From a bacterium (GTDB taxonomy: Bacteria > UBA8248): DNA of 64,000 nucleotides. Where the stretch lies: positions 1,056,001-1,120,000 of the forward strand of contig OZ253442.1 in the NCBI GenBank assembly GCA_965261085.1, read 5' to 3'. Positions 38,699 through 49,696 of this stretch are shown one piece after another. The translations under genes and the position numbers were made by a program. Under the pieces are notes generated by a model. The model worked only from the letters and a program-made list of their open reading frames with translations. It did no database searches and was not told the DNA's origin. Numbering within the stretch: position 1 is the stretch's first letter; each line of letters starts with the position of its first letter.

Positions 38699-40981
38699 AT
38701 GGCTCAGGTTAAACCGCTTATCCGCTCCATTCCATTGAACCGGCTGGAACTCGCGCCGGAGAACGTCCGCAAGACGCCGGCCGACCCGGCCGCGCTCGAG
38801 GAGCTCAAGGCCTCCATCGCGGCCCACGGTCTGCTGGAGAACTTGATCGTCAGGATAGAGGACACAGGCCATGACCCCGGATCGGGTCCGGGGCAGGCTC
38901 ATGTCGACCGCTGCGCCGTGGTCGCCGGCGGCCGCCGCCTCGCGGCCATGAAAGCGCTCGCCGAAGAGGGGATACTGGACGCGGACCACCCCGTGCCCTG
39001 CCGGGTGATCGGCGCGGCGGAGAACGCCGGGGAACTCTCTCTCGCCGAGAACGTAGTACGTGTCGCCATGCACCCCGCCGACCAGGTGGTCGCGTTTTTG
39101 AAGCTCTCAGAAGCAGGCGTCACCGTGGCCGCGATCGCCGCGCGCTTCGGCGTCACGGAACGCCTGGTCGAGCAGCGTCTCAGTCTCGGCGGCGTCGCCC
39201 CGGAACTGCTAGACGCCTACCGGGCGCAGGAGATGGACCTCGATACCCTGAAAGCCTTCACGGTCACCATCGACCACGCCCGCCAGAAAGCGGTCTGGGA
39301 GCAGGTGAAGGAACAGGGCTACGGGCCCAGCGGCTGGCAGGTGAGGCGCATGCTGACCGAGGAGAGCGTGCCTGCCGCCTCCGCCGTGGCGCGCTTCGTC
39401 GGTATGGAGGCCTATGAGGCGGCAGGCGGTACGCTCACGCGGGACCTCTTCGCGGGGGAGGACGGGAGCGGGACGTGGTTCGACGACCCCGTTCTCCTGA
39501 ACGAACTCGCGACGGAGAAGCTTCGTGCGGCGGCTGACGATCTGACGACGCGCTGGAAGTGGGCCGAGGCGGTACTGGAAGCCGACTGGAGCGCGGTCGC
39601 GGGCTTCGGGAGGATATCCCCCGAGCCGGGGGTCCCCACCGAGGAGGAGAAAGCCGAACGGGAGAGTCTGCGTGCCCGCCAAGACGAACTCGCAGATCTG
39701 GATGACGACGAGTGGACCGAGGAACTCGCCTGCGAGGCCGAAGGGATCGAGTCGCGCCTCCGTACGATCAAAGAAGCCGTGGAAGCGCGGGCCGCGTTCC
39801 GTGAGCAAGATTACGCGATAGCGGGCTGCATCGCCACGGTCGGCCACGACGGCGCGCTCAAGGTCATCAAGGGCTTGGTCAAGCCGGAAGACTTGCCGGA
39901 GCGGACGGGCGCAGGCTTCGAGGGCAATGGAACCGATGCCGGCCGCGTGGATTCACCGGTGATCAGCGAGCCGCTCGCGACGCCCACCGACCCGCGCGCG
40001 AAGGTCCGCGAGGAGACAGGGATCGGAATCGGACTCGCGGACGATTTGCGCGCCGTCCGCACGACGCTCGTCAAGGCGCACTTGTCCGGGGATTTCGAGG
40101 CGGCCTTCGACCTCACCCTGTTCCAGCTCGCACGCGCCGTCTTCAAGGAAGGCTACCGGGCCGACGCGCTCGACATCGCCTTCAGGGAGACCGCCGACAG
40201 GCCGCCGCCTCGGGCGAGCGACGATGACTTCGCCGCCTGGAGCCCGGGCGAGGCCATGCTCGCCGAGCACTCGGGCCTCTCTCTTGGCTGGATGGAGGAT
40301 GAGGACGACGGAGCGGCCTTCACGAAGATGCGGGCGCTTCCCGAGGAGGAGAAGCAGGCGCTGTTCGCGGCAGCCGTCGCGCGCACGCTCAAGGGCCGGC
40401 TCGCCTTCGAACCCGGCGCCCGGCCCGAACTCGAAACCACCATCGCCCGTCTCGATATCGATTTTGCGAAGCATGTGCGCCCGGGCGCCGCGATGTTCTG
40501 GTCGCGCATCAGGAAAGACCGCATCCTCGCCGTGGGGCGCGCGACGCTTGGTCCCGTCTGGGCTTCTGCGCGCGCGAAATACAAGAAGGCGGACTTGGCC
40601 CGCGCGATGGAGGAAGCCTTCGCCGCCGACCCGCCCGCGGGGCTGAACCCCAAAGCCCGGGCCGCCGCCCTCGCCTGGACGCCTCCAGGATTCACGCCCT
40701 TCGATACGGGCCGCACGGAAGAAGCCGGGGAAGACGGCTCGCCGGCAGGTGAACCCGAACCGGATTCCGCTACGGCCCCGGACGCAGTCGATGAAGAAAC
40801 ACCCGATGCGGCTTGCGGCGACACTCCGGCGCGCGGGGAACTCGCCCGGGCGGTCGATGCCCTGAACGCGGTCCCCACAGCGGACGGCGGCCCGAGGGTG
40901 ATCGTACAAGAGATCGGCCCTGTCAACGGCCACGATAGCGGCGAGGGAATCGATATCCCCGAATTCCTGCGCGGCGACTGA
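38699..40981 (+). CDS. ParB/Spo0J N-terminal domain protein (long, ICE type)
   Basis: NVRK, LKASIAAHGLLENL, VVAGGRR, SLAENVVR, HPAD, HTH. Confidence 0.9.
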   Translation: MAQVKPLIRSIPLNRLELAPENVRKTPADPAALEELKASIAAHGLLENLIVRIEDTGHDPGSGPGQAHVDRCAVVAGGRRLAAMKALAEEGILDADHPVPCRVIGAAENAGELSLAENVVRVAMHPADQVVAFLKLSEAGVTVAAIAARFGVTERLVEQRLSLGGVAPELLDAYRAQEMDLDTLKAFTVTIDHARQKAVWEQVKEQGYGPSGWQVRRMLTEESVPAASAVARFVGMEAYEAAGGTLTRDLFAGEDGSGTWFDDPVLLNELATEKLRAAADDLTTRWKWAEAVLEADWSAVAGFGRISPEPGVPTEEEKAERESLRARQDELADLDDDEWTEELACEAEGIESRLRTIKEAVEARAAFREQDYAIAGCIATVGHDGALKVIKGLVKPEDLPERTGAGFEGNGTDAGRVDSPVISEPLATPTDPRAKVREETGIGIGLADDLRAVRTTLVKAHLSGDFEAAFDLTLFQLARAVFKEGYRADALDIAFRETADRPPPRASDDDFAAWSPGEAMLAEHSGLSLGWMEDEDDGAAFTKMRALPEEEKQALFAAAVARTLKGRLAFEPGARPELETTIARLDIDFAKHVRPGAAMFWSRIRKDRILAVGRATLGPVWASARAKYKKADLARAMEEAFAADPPAGLNPKARAAALAWTPPGFTPFDTGRTEEAGEDGSPAGEPEPDSATAPDAVDEETPDAACGDTPARGELARAVDALNAVPTADGGPRVIVQEIGPVNGHDSGEGIDIPEFLRGD

Positions 40982-41070
40982 CCCGCAGCAGCAAACCCCT
41001 CCGACACGGCGCCCCGCAGCATATGCCTGCGGGGCGCTTTTTCGTTTTCACGCCCCATGGAGTCCATGAC

Positions 41071-42792
41071 ATGAACTGCAACCAACATGCTACGAGCAAT
41101 AAACTTCCGGAGCGGATCCGCGCCCGGGTCTTTGAGGGCGCGCTCAGTCGCGTCACGAGGATGTACGCCGCAGGACTCGCCGACGTATTCACCGAGACGC
41201 TCCAGAACAGCCGCCGGGCCGGCGCCACGCGGGTCCGCGTCACCATCGACGCCTCAGAGGAAACGCCCGGCGTCCTGTCGGTCACCTTAGCCGACGATGG
41301 GGCCGGCATCGCCGATCCCGCCGTGCTCCTCTCGTTCGGTGAGAACGGATGGAGTGAGGACCTCGCGCGCCGCGAGGACGCGGCGGGGATGGGGTTCCTG
41401 AGCCTCGCGCGCCGTGGCTGCACGGTTGTTTCCAGACCGCGTTCTGATGGTGGCGAGACGGCCCCGGCTTGGCGCGTCGATCTCACGCCCGCCCACTTCC
41501 TGGGAGAAGAAGAGGCGGAGGTCCTCCCCGATGCCGACGCGCCCAAGCCCCACGGGACGGCGGTCCGCTTCCGGACGGAAGAGGCCCGCGAGGCGATCCG
41601 GCGCACGCTCGAGAACGCGGTACGGCATTACCCGCTCCCGGTCACGCTCGATGGTGAGAGCCTCCCCCGCCGGGCCTTCCTCGATGGCGCCGTCCATGCC
41701 GAGTCCTGGCGGGGCCTCGCCTTCGGCGTCTTCACGGGGCGCAGCCGCTACCGCGACGAGCCGGACTTGAACTTCCACGGCCTGATCCTGGCGGCCCACC
41801 TGCCCACGGTCCATCCCGTAGACGGCCTGGCCTTCTCGGTCCGCGCCGATGTCGGGAACTGTCCCGAACTCGAACTCGTCCTCCCGGCCAGGAAAGAAGC
41901 GGTCGAGACGCCCTTCTTGGATGAGATGAGAGAAGCCGCGCGCACCGCGGTCTACCAGGCGATGGCTAAGGCCGATCCCGCGCCGGTCGTCGCATTCCAA
42001 GACTGGAAGCGCGCGCGGGCGGCCGGGGTCGAACTGCCGGTACCGGCGCCTGCGCTCCGGCCCTGGCGGCCTCCCGTCGCCGATACCGACAACTGGCTCG
42101 CGGGACCAGCACCCGAACCCCTGCCCACAGGCGCGCTCGTTATGGACGTGGACTTTGAGGCGCCCGAAGCCCAGGCGCTGTGGCGCGCCGCCGAACGCAG
42201 CGGAATGTCTCCGCGGCTTTTCGAGACGGACCGGCGGTTCGAAGGCTACGGCTGGTACGACACGCTCCCCCGCGTCACCGGTGTCCAGACCCGGATCGTG
42301 GGCAACGGGGAAGTCCGTCCGCTCGTGGACTACCAAACCCCGCCCGTCGAGACGCCCCCGCGGCCGGACGCAATCCGCGTGAAGCTCGATGTCCAATACC
42401 CGGACGGAACGAATGAAACACTCGCGCTCGACGCCGACCTCGCCTTCGCCGGTGAGGCCTGGGCCTGGCTCTCAGACGTGCGTCCGCTGGTCACGGCCGG
42501 GAGCGCCATCGAACCCGCAGAACTCGCCGGGATCCTGCGCGACGCCTTCTTCTCGCCCTCGGACGAGTCGGACGCGGACAGCTGGGAGACCCAGCGAACG
42601 CGCTTCGAGGAGGAAGCCACCCACCTGGCCATCGGTCTCCTGTGCTCGGAAGAGGAGGCGCTCAGGCGCTCGATCGCAGAGGCCGTGCGCCGCGAACTCT
42701 CCTGGCTCATGCCGCGGGACCGCGCGGTCACCATCACCGTGCGCGGTGGTGAGGTCGGCGTCGTGTTCTCTGCCGGGGAGGCCTCGCGATGA
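41071..42792 (+). CDS. GHKL (HATPase_c) ATPase domain protein
   Basis: ETLQNSRRAGA (N box), DDGAGI (G1), AGMGF (G2), HGT. Confidence 0.78.
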   Translation: MNCNQHATSNKLPERIRARVFEGALSRVTRMYAAGLADVFTETLQNSRRAGATRVRVTIDASEETPGVLSVTLADDGAGIADPAVLLSFGENGWSEDLARREDAAGMGFLSLARRGCTVVSRPRSDGGETAPAWRVDLTPAHFLGEEEAEVLPDADAPKPHGTAVRFRTEEAREAIRRTLENAVRHYPLPVTLDGESLPRRAFLDGAVHAESWRGLAFGVFTGRSRYRDEPDLNFHGLILAAHLPTVHPVDGLAFSVRADVGNCPELELVLPARKEAVETPFLDEMREAARTAVYQAMAKADPAPVVAFQDWKRARAAGVELPVPAPALRPWRPPVADTDNWLAGPAPEPLPTGALVMDVDFEAPEAQALWRAAERSGMSPRLFETDRRFEGYGWYDTLPRVTGVQTRIVGNGEVRPLVDYQTPPVETPPRPDAIRVKLDVQYPDGTNETLALDADLAFAGEAWAWLSDVRPLVTAGSAIEPAELAGILRDAFFSPSDESDADSWETQRTRFEEEATHLAIGLLCSEEEALRRSIAEAVRRELSWLMPRDRAVTITVRGGEVGVVFSAGEASR

Positions 42793-43280
42793 AAAAGCCA
42801 TATACGGTCCAGTGCGGATATACGGCCCACTTCGCCAATACGGTCACCGTGGAAGCGGAGACGCTCGAGGAAGCGCTCGAAAAAGCCATCGAGACCGCCA
42901 ACGCCGATGAGGACTGGCGCTCGACCGGCCATTGCAGCAGGACTTTCGTGGACGCCGTCTGCGAGGGCGCCGGCGCCGATCCCCGGGACACGGACGCGGC
43001 ATGGCCGGTCCCCGAGCGGTTCACCGAGCGGGGCGAGCCGCCGGTCGTCACCCTGACCGATCCCGGCCGGGCGGGCGGCGGCACCATCGAGGTTTCCGGG
43101 GGCCGGGCCCTGCTCCGCTTCCAGACCCCTGACGCCACGATCACGAGCGAGATTTCCGATCCGCCCCATCCGCCCGGCAACAAGCCGCTCGTGACGATCC
43201 GCCGCCGCGACGACGGCGCGCCCGACGTCACCGTGACCGGGGGCCGGGCGCGCGTCCGCATTCTCGATTTCCAACCCTGA
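42789..43280 (+). CDS. Hypothetical protein of the element
   Basis: ATGA-coupled to the upstream gene; codon pattern consistent with neighbours. Confidence 0.65.
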   Translation: MKKPYTVQCGYTAHFANTVTVEAETLEEALEKAIETANADEDWRSTGHCSRTFVDAVCEGAGADPRDTDAAWPVPERFTERGEPPVVTLTDPGRAGGGTIEVSGGRALLRFQTPDATITSEISDPPHPPGNKPLVTIRRRDDGAPDVTVTGGRARVRILDFQP

Positions 43281-43347
43281 CGCCAAACGACACCGGAGCC
43301 TCTCCGGCCTTTCCACGTCCGCCTTTCACGTAGAGGAGAACGTCCCG

Positions 43348-43740
43348 ATGGAACTCATCACACCCGAGCAGCGCGAACAACTTATCGCCAACGGCGCCGA
43401 CCGGGGCGCAGACCACATGCCCGTGGTCAAACTGTTCAATCCGTGCGGCGCCGGGACCTGGCTCGTGACCGAACTCGACCCAGAAGACACATCCGTCGCG
43501 TTCGGGCTCGCCGATCTCGGCTTCGGTACTCCCGAGGTCGGGAGCTTCTCTATCCAGGAACTCGAATCCTTCCGGGGGCCGTTAGGCCTCGGTATCGAGC
43601 GCGACCTGTATTTCGAGGGGAAATTCACCCTCGCCGTCTACGCCGAAGCGGCACGCGCCGCAGGCCGTATCGTCGAACACGGCTCCGAACTCGCCGCCGC
43701 CGCCCGGCGACGGAGCAAGAGCGCCGCCACCTGCGGCTGA
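43348..43740 (+). CDS. DUF2958 family protein
   Basis: PVVKLFNPCGAGTWLVTELDP, FGLADLGFGTPEVG, IERDLYF. Confidence 0.88.
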   Translation: MELITPEQREQLIANGADRGADHMPVVKLFNPCGAGTWLVTELDPEDTSVAFGLADLGFGTPEVGSFSIQELESFRGPLGLGIERDLYFEGKFTLAVYAEAARAAGRIVEHGSELAAAARRRSKSAATCG

Positions 43741-43775
43741 TCGATCCTTTTCCCCTATCCATTCTGGAGAGAATC

Positions 43776-44093
43776 ATGCCCGACACCGTATCCCGAACTC
43801 CGGCCATACATCCCATGGACCCGAGGCGCGGTGAGAGCCTCTCGCCGATGTTCACGGCCTTTCTCTGTTGGCTGCTCGGCTTGCCGCCCATGACGGAACC
43901 CGCAATCACCGGGGTCGCGGTCACGGGGGACAGCGTCCTCGCCGCCACCGATACAGATCCGTTCTTCAACGCGCACATAGGCAGTCTCACTGATTTCGAG
44001 CGCAACATCCGAGGCTGGGGCGAGGCCTGCGGCGCCGATGCCGCAACGATCGAAGACCTCCTCACCAGGCTCCGCAGCGCCGCCCGTACCTGA
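43776..44093 (+). CDS. Hypothetical protein
   Basis: GGAGAG RBS and ATG at 43776; co-oriented with the element. Confidence 0.6.
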   Translation: MPDTVSRTPAIHPMDPRRGESLSPMFTAFLCWLLGLPPMTEPAITGVAVTGDSVLAATDTDPFFNAHIGSLTDFERNIRGWGEACGADAATIEDLLTRLRSAART

Positions 44094-44223
44094 CCCGCAC
44101 TTCTTCGAGCTGCGCCGGGACGAGTTCGAGACCGGCCCGGCCGGGGCGAACCGAGAGGTCCCGGGGGAGTGATCCTCCTTCTGGACGACCGACCCCCATT
44201 CCCCGACATCCGAGGAGACTTCT

Positions 44224-47200
44224 ATGTCGCAAGTCCTGACGGCGGACGCCTGTCCGAACGCCCCCCGCTCCACCCCGCCGACTTCCGAGGCCGCGCTCCT
44301 CGAAGCGGCCAAGGCGCTGCTGCCCGTCCTGGCGGCCGGACGTCCGCTCGACGCGAACGTGCTCAGGGACACCATGACGCGCGCCTTCGGCGCAACCGAT
44401 GCGCAGGGCGCCTGGCTCTGGAAAGACGCCTACGAGGCGGCGGAAGCGGCGGTCGTTCTCTTCCTCAAACGCTACGGGCGGGCCATGCGCCGCCGGGCAG
44501 GGGCCGGACCCGAAGGCCCCGCCGCCATGCTGGCCATGCTGCAAAAACTCTCCGCGCTGGAACCCTCCCACACGAAGCGCTCGCAGGAACAAGTCCGCCT
44601 GCAGCAGTTCTCGACCCCGCTCGGCCTCGCCTACGCCGCGCTTCGGGCCGCCGCGCTCCGACCCGGCGACGTCGTTCTGGAGCCGAGCGCCGGGACCGGG
44701 ATGCTGGCCGTGATGGGCTGGTGCGCGCTCGGGTGTGAGCGCGCGCTCCACCTGAACGAGATTGCGAGCACCAGGGCCGGTCTCCTCGCCCGCCTCTTCC
44801 CCGAGGCGAGCGTCACACGCCACAACGCCGAGGCCATCGCCGATTATCTCCCCGGCGTCCGGGCGGACGTCGTCCTCATGAACCCGCCGTTCTCGGCGAC
44901 GCCGGGCGTCGCCCGCATCCGGCATGATGCGGACCTCCGCCACATACGCTCGGCGTTTTGTGCGCTGGCGCCGGGCGGACGTCTGGTCGCCGTCACGTCT
45001 GCGGGCTGTATGCCTGGGGATGCCGCCTGGAACTCGGTCTTCTCATCCTTTGAGGCGCCCGCGCGTGTCGTGTTCACGATGGAGATCGAGGGGCGCGCCT
45101 ACGCGAGGCGAGGGACCACGTTCGACACCCGTCTCACCGTGATCGACCGGGGCGAGGAGCGCGGGAACGCCGTGATCGATCCCGCTGCCCGGGCGGCGAA
45201 CGCTGAGAAACTTCTCCGGGCCGTCATCGCGGGAGTGCCCGCGCGCCTCGCCACTAGCACCACCCGTGCGACCGTACCCGCCGCCCCGCTTCGCGATCTT
45301 TTCGGCGAGACGCCGGCGCTCAATGCCAAAGAAAGCAAGACCAAGGAGAGGGACGCCGGCAAGACGACATCGAATCCGCAGCAAGATATGGGTCCCGTCT
45401 CGGAACTCGCATACGAGGCGGCCCCGCCCTGCGGCGACGCCGCGGCCATGGGCCCCTACGCGCCCTGGAAGCCGAGTGTCGTGAGCGTATCCGGCGCCGT
45501 CGCGCATCCCACGCCGCTCGTCCAGTCGGCCGCCATGGCCGCCGTCGAGCATCCAAAGCCCTCGCACCGCCCGCTGCTGCCCGAACGCGTCGTCACCGAG
45601 GGTCTCTTGTCGGACGCGCAGATCGAGAGCGTCGTCCTGGCAGGCGAGGCCCACAACCGCCATCTCTCCGCCCGCTACAGGATCGGCGCCGGCTGGGAGA
45701 CCGTCCGCCGCTGCGACGAAGACGATACCACTGCCGAGTCCGTCACCGAGGACGGTGAGGCGCTCTCGGCGCAGGTCCGGTTCCGTCGCGGGTGGATGCT
45801 GGGCGACGGCACCGGGTGCGGCAAGGGCCGCGAGGTCGCGGCGGTCATCCTCGACAACCGGCTCCGGGGACGGAGCCGCGCGCTCTGGCTCTCGGCCTCC
45901 GCCAACCTGCTCGAAGACGCCCGCCGGGACTGGGCCGCGCTCGGGGGCCGTGAGGAAGACGTGATCCCGCTTTCCGGTTACCGGCAAGGGGCCGACATCC
46001 CGCAGGATGAAGGCATCCTGTTCGCGACCTACGCGACGCTGCGCGCGCCGGCCCGCGAGGGCAAGGCCTCGCGGCTCGACCAGGTCGTCGCCTGGTTGGC
46101 AGGCAGCCTCGAGGAAGAAGACCGCCACGGGTATGAGAGCGTGATCGTGTTCGACGAGTCCCACGCCATGGCGAACGCCGCAGGATCCAGGGGATCGCGA
46201 GGCAATATGAAACCCTCGGCCCAGGGACGGGCGGGACTCAGGCTCCAGCACGCATTGCCCGACGCCCGTGTCCTCTACGTCTCGGCCACCGGAGCCACCA
46301 CCGTGACCGGCCTCGCCTACGCGGTGCGCCTGGGACTCTGGGGCGCCGGGGAGACGCCCTTCGAGAGCCGGGGTGATTTCGTATCGGCGATGGAGGCGGG
46401 CGGCGTCGCCGCCATGGAGGTGGTCGCCCGGGACTTGAAGGCCCTGGGCCTCTATCAGGCGAGGGCGTTATCTTATGAGGGGATCGAGGTCGACATCCTC
46501 GAACACGCGCTCACGCCCGAGCAGCGCCGCATCTACGACGCCTACGCCGGCGCCTTCAAGGTCATCCACGCCAACTTACAAGACGCGCTCGAAGCCACCG
46601 GGATCACGCAGGGCGAAGAGACCCTGAACAGGAACGCGAAATCAGCCGCGCTCTCCGCCTTCGAAGGCGCCAAGCAGCGGTTCTTCGGCCACCTTTTGTG
46701 CGCCATGAAGTGTCCCTCGCTCATCCGCGCGGTCGAAGCCGACCTCGAAGCCGGCCGCTCGGCCGTGATCCAACTCGTCTCCACGGGCGAGGCCCTGATG
46801 GAGCGAAGGGTCGCGGAGATCCCGCCCTCTGAATGGGACGACCTATCGATCGACCTGACGCCCAGGGAATACGTGCTCGACTTCCTGGCGCACGCCTTCC
46901 CGGTGCAGTTACAGGAGCCCTTCACCGACGAGGAGGGTAACCTCATGAGCCGGCCCGCCGTCGATGAGGACGGGAACCCCGTGCTCTCCCAGGAGGCCCT
47001 CGTCAAACGCGAAGCGCTGATCGGGAAACTGGCGTCGCTCCCGCCGGTGCCCTCCGCCCTCGATCAAATCGTGCACCACTTCGGCCATGACGCCGTGGCC
47101 GAGGTCACAGGCCGCTCCCGCCGGGTGCTCAGGACCCAAGACGCGCAGGGCGTGCGACTCGCCTTGCGCCCGCGTCCGGCCTCGGCCGGACTCGCCGAGA

Positions 47201-48660
47201 CGGCGGCCTTCATGGACGCGAAAAAGCGAATACTCGTCTTCTCCATGGCCGGGGGCACGGGGCGCAGCTACCACGCCGACTTGGGATCCGCCAACACGCA
47301 GCGCCGGGTCCACTACCTGCTCGAACCCGGCTGGCGGGCCGACCAGGCGATCCAGGGCCTGGGGCGCACCCACAGGACGCACCAGGCCTCGGCCCCCCTG
47401 TTCCGGCCCGTCACCACCGACGTCAAGGGAGAGCGGCGCTTCATCGCCACCATCGCGAGGAGACTCGATTCCCTGGGCGCCATCACCCGTGGCCAGCGGA
47501 ACTCGCAGACCGCAATGGACGGCGAGGCGACGCTCTTCCGCGCCGGCGACAACCTGGAAAGCCCCTACGCCCGGGCGGCGCTCCGCCAGTTCTATGGAGC
47601 GCTCTGGCGGGGCGGTGTCCCCGGCTGGTCGCTCGGGCGCTTCGAGGAGGCAACCGGTCTCAAGCTCACTTACGAGGGAGCACTCAAGGAAGACCTCCCG
47701 CCCATGCCGAAGTTCCTGAACCGCCTGCTGGCGCTTCCCATAGAGGAGCAGAACGCGCTGTTCGCAGAACTCGAATCGCGCGTCGAGTCCAACATCGAAC
47801 AAGCCGTCGAGGCGGGGACCTATGAGGTAGGCGTCGAGACCCTGCGAGCGGACTCGCTCACCGCGGCCGGCAGCGAGACCCTCTACACCCACCCCGATAC
47901 CTGCGCGGCGACCGGCCTCGTCGAGATCCTCCGACGCGACCGGCTCGTGCCCACGACGGCCGACGCCGCGCTCGATATGTCCAGGAAGGCCGGCGCGCCG
48001 GCGCTCGTCGTGAACGCCCGCTCAAAACGGGCGGCCGCCCTCCTCCCCGCGCCCTCGATGATGTTCGACGACGGGGGCGTGCAGGAACGGGTGCGCCTCC
48101 TGCGGCCAGCGGCCCGGGAGGGCATGGCGAGGGCCGAACTCGATGCCTCGAACTGGCGCGAGGCGGAGGAAGCCGAATGGCGCGCCCTCTGGGAGGACGA
48201 GGTCGCCGGCCTGCCGACGCACACCGAATCGCGTTTCTGGCTCGTCACCGGGCTCCTCCTGCCGGTCTGGGACCGTCTGGGCGCCGAGAACATGCGGGTG
48301 CGACGCCTCGACACCGACGACGGTGAAGCGATGATCGGGCGCGCCTTGGACGCAGGGGGCGTCCGGGCCGTGCGCGCCGCCTTTGGTCTCGACGGAGGTC
48401 CCTCTCTCACCTCCGGGGAAGCCTTCGATGCCGTCATGGGGCGCGGCGAGGTACTGACCCTCGCGAACGGCTGGCGCCTCGCGCGCCGCCGCATCATGGG
48501 GGCGCCGCGCCTGGAGATCGAGGGACCCGACGACCGGCACGTCACAACCCTCAAGCGCCTCGGCTGTACGGTCGAGATCGTCTCCTGGAGCGCCCGCGTC
48601 TTCGCGCCAGACGCCGTCGTACTCGCCCGCGTCCTCGAAAGCCGGCCCCTCGCGGGCTGA
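44224..48660 (+). CDS. Methyltransferase / strawberry-notch SF2 helicase fusion
   Basis: QQFSTP, LEPSAGTG, NPPF; GDGTGCGKGR, FDESH, SATGA, QGLGRTHR. Confidence 0.92.
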   Translation: MSQVLTADACPNAPRSTPPTSEAALLEAAKALLPVLAAGRPLDANVLRDTMTRAFGATDAQGAWLWKDAYEAAEAAVVLFLKRYGRAMRRRAGAGPEGPAAMLAMLQKLSALEPSHTKRSQEQVRLQQFSTPLGLAYAALRAAALRPGDVVLEPSAGTGMLAVMGWCALGCERALHLNEIASTRAGLLARLFPEASVTRHNAEAIADYLPGVRADVVLMNPPFSATPGVARIRHDADLRHIRSAFCALAPGGRLVAVTSAGCMPGDAAWNSVFSSFEAPARVVFTMEIEGRAYARRGTTFDTRLTVIDRGEERGNAVIDPAARAANAEKLLRAVIAGVPARLATSTTRATVPAAPLRDLFGETPALNAKESKTKERDAGKTTSNPQQDMGPVSELAYEAAPPCGDAAAMGPYAPWKPSVVSVSGAVAHPTPLVQSAAMAAVEHPKPSHRPLLPERVVTEGLLSDAQIESVVLAGEAHNRHLSARYRIGAGWETVRRCDEDDTTAESVTEDGEALSAQVRFRRGWMLGDGTGCGKGREVAAVILDNRLRGRSRALWLSASANLLEDARRDWAALGGREEDVIPLSGYRQGADIPQDEGILFATYATLRAPAREGKASRLDQVVAWLAGSLEEEDRHGYESVIVFDESHAMANAAGSRGSRGNMKPSAQGRAGLRLQHALPDARVLYVSATGATTVTGLAYAVRLGLWGAGETPFESRGDFVSAMEAGGVAAMEVVARDLKALGLYQARALSYEGIEVDILEHALTPEQRRIYDAYAGAFKVIHANLQDALEATGITQGEETLNRNAKSAALSAFEGAKQRFFGHLLCAMKCPSLIRAVEADLEAGRSAVIQLVSTGEALMERRVAEIPPSEWDDLSIDLTPREYVLDFLAHAFPVQLQEPFTDEEGNLMSRPAVDEDGNPVLSQEALVKREALIGKLASLPPVPSALDQIVHHFGHDAVAEVTGRSRRVLRTQDAQGVRLALRPRPASAGLAETAAFMDAKKRILVFSMAGGTGRSYHADLGSANTQRRVHYLLEPGWRADQAIQGLGRTHRTHQASAPLFRPVTTDVKGERRFIATIARRLDSLGAITRGQRNSQTAMDGEATLFRAGDNLESPYARAALRQFYGALWRGGVPGWSLGRFEEATGLKLTYEGALKEDLPPMPKFLNRLLALPIEEQNALFAELESRVESNIEQAVEAGTYEVGVETLRADSLTAAGSETLYTHPDTCAATGLVEILRRDRLVPTTADAALDMSRKAGAPALVVNARSKRAAALLPAPSMMFDDGGVQERVRLLRPAAREGMARAELDASNWREAEEAEWRALWEDEVAGLPTHTESRFWLVTGLLLPVWDRLGAENMRVRRLDTDDGEAMIGRALDAGGVRAVRAAFGLDGGPSLTSGEAFDAVMGRGEVLTLANGWRLARRRIMGAPRLEIEGPDDRHVTTLKRLGCTVEIVSWSARVFAPDAVVLARVLESRPLAG

Positions 48661-48746
48661 ACCCGCACGTGCGGCCGGCCCGCATACGTATGGCCGTCCG
48701 GCGGGGGGCCGTTATGCCTTCTTCATCATTCAAGGGAGATCAATCC

Positions 48747-49007
48747 ATGACTGCGCACACACTACCCAGGAACCCCGACTACGCCTTCTGCCCGGCCTAC
48801 GGCCCGGGGGACGCGCCGCAGGAGATACGGCTCGTCATCGACGGGATGAGCGGGAGCATCCCCACCGCCCTCGTCGCCTTGACTCTCGAGGACGCACAGC
48901 GATTCTGCGACAGGCTCAACGCCCGGCTCGGAATGGACCGGGAGGCCTGGTCCGCTCTGGCCGCACGCGCAATGGAGGAGACTCCAAACGATGGGAGCGC
49001 CGGTTGA
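48747..49007 (+). CDS. Small hypothetical protein
   Basis: GGGAG RBS; co-oriented with the element. Confidence 0.55.
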   Translation: MTAHTLPRNPDYAFCPAYGPGDAPQEIRLVIDGMSGSIPTALVALTLEDAQRFCDRLNARLGMDREAWSALAARAMEETPNDGSAG

Positions 49008-49362
49008 GCCACCACCCCGCCACCCAGACCGGCAGGCTTAGAATCACCGCGTAGACGGCGATGGCGAGCGGGCCGAGCAGACCCGCCACCAGCGACGCCG
49101 CCACCGTGACGACGCCGAGCACAACCCCCGCCGTCCAGGCGGTGCTGCGGTAACCCAGCCGCCACAGCCGCCGGCAAGCGAGCGCCAGGGGGAGGCCGCA
49201 CGGCGCGACCGGAAGCAACGCCACCGCCGATAACGGCAGCATCGCCCAGGTCGCGGGCTCGTTCCCGAAGCGCAGGACAGCGGTCACGGCCACCCCGGCC
49301 GGCAGCCACAGGAGCGCCGGCGCCCAGAAGCCGCGCCGCTCGATACCTCTGCGATTGTCCAT
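48916..49362 (-). CDS. Putative membrane protein
   Basis: About four hydrophobic segments; overlaps the 3' end of the convergent ORF. Confidence 0.5.
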   Translation of the reverse strand: MDNRRGIERRGFWAPALLWLPAGVAVTAVLRFGNEPATWAMLPLSAVALLPVAPCGLPLALACRRLWRLGYRSTAWTAGVVLGVVTVAASLVAGLLGPLAIAVYAVILSLPVWVAGWWLNRRSHRLESPPLRVRPERTRPPGPFRAGR

Positions 49363-49549
49363 ACCTTATCTCACCCGAATCCCGGACCGGGCGCAAGCCC
49401 GGACGCGGTCCGCGAGCGGTACTCATCGGCCGTGAACCTGCCCGGGAGAGGTAGAGAGAAGCGGGGAGCCGGGCAAATGCCCGGTAGGGAGAGGGAGACG
49501 GTCTCCCGGTCCCGACGCCGGGGACGACAACCCGAGAGGAGGCTGGACA

Positions 49550-49696
49550 ATGTATGAGAACGACTTCGACCCCGACAACCTGACCGGTGACGAACTCCTC
49601 GCCGAGATCGGACTCGACGCGTACACGATCCGCAAGCTGCGCAGTGAGGCGCTCCCCACCGAGGCGGGAAGAGGAGAGGAGTTCAGTAGCGTATAG
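49550..49696 (+). CDS. 48-aa acidic protein (below the ORF-track cutoff)
   Basis: GAGGAGG RBS; MYENDFDPDNLTGDELLAEIGLDAYTIRKLRSEALPTEAGRGEEFSSV. Confidence 0.5.
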   Translation: MYENDFDPDNLTGDELLAEIGLDAYTIRKLRSEALPTEAGRGEEFSSV

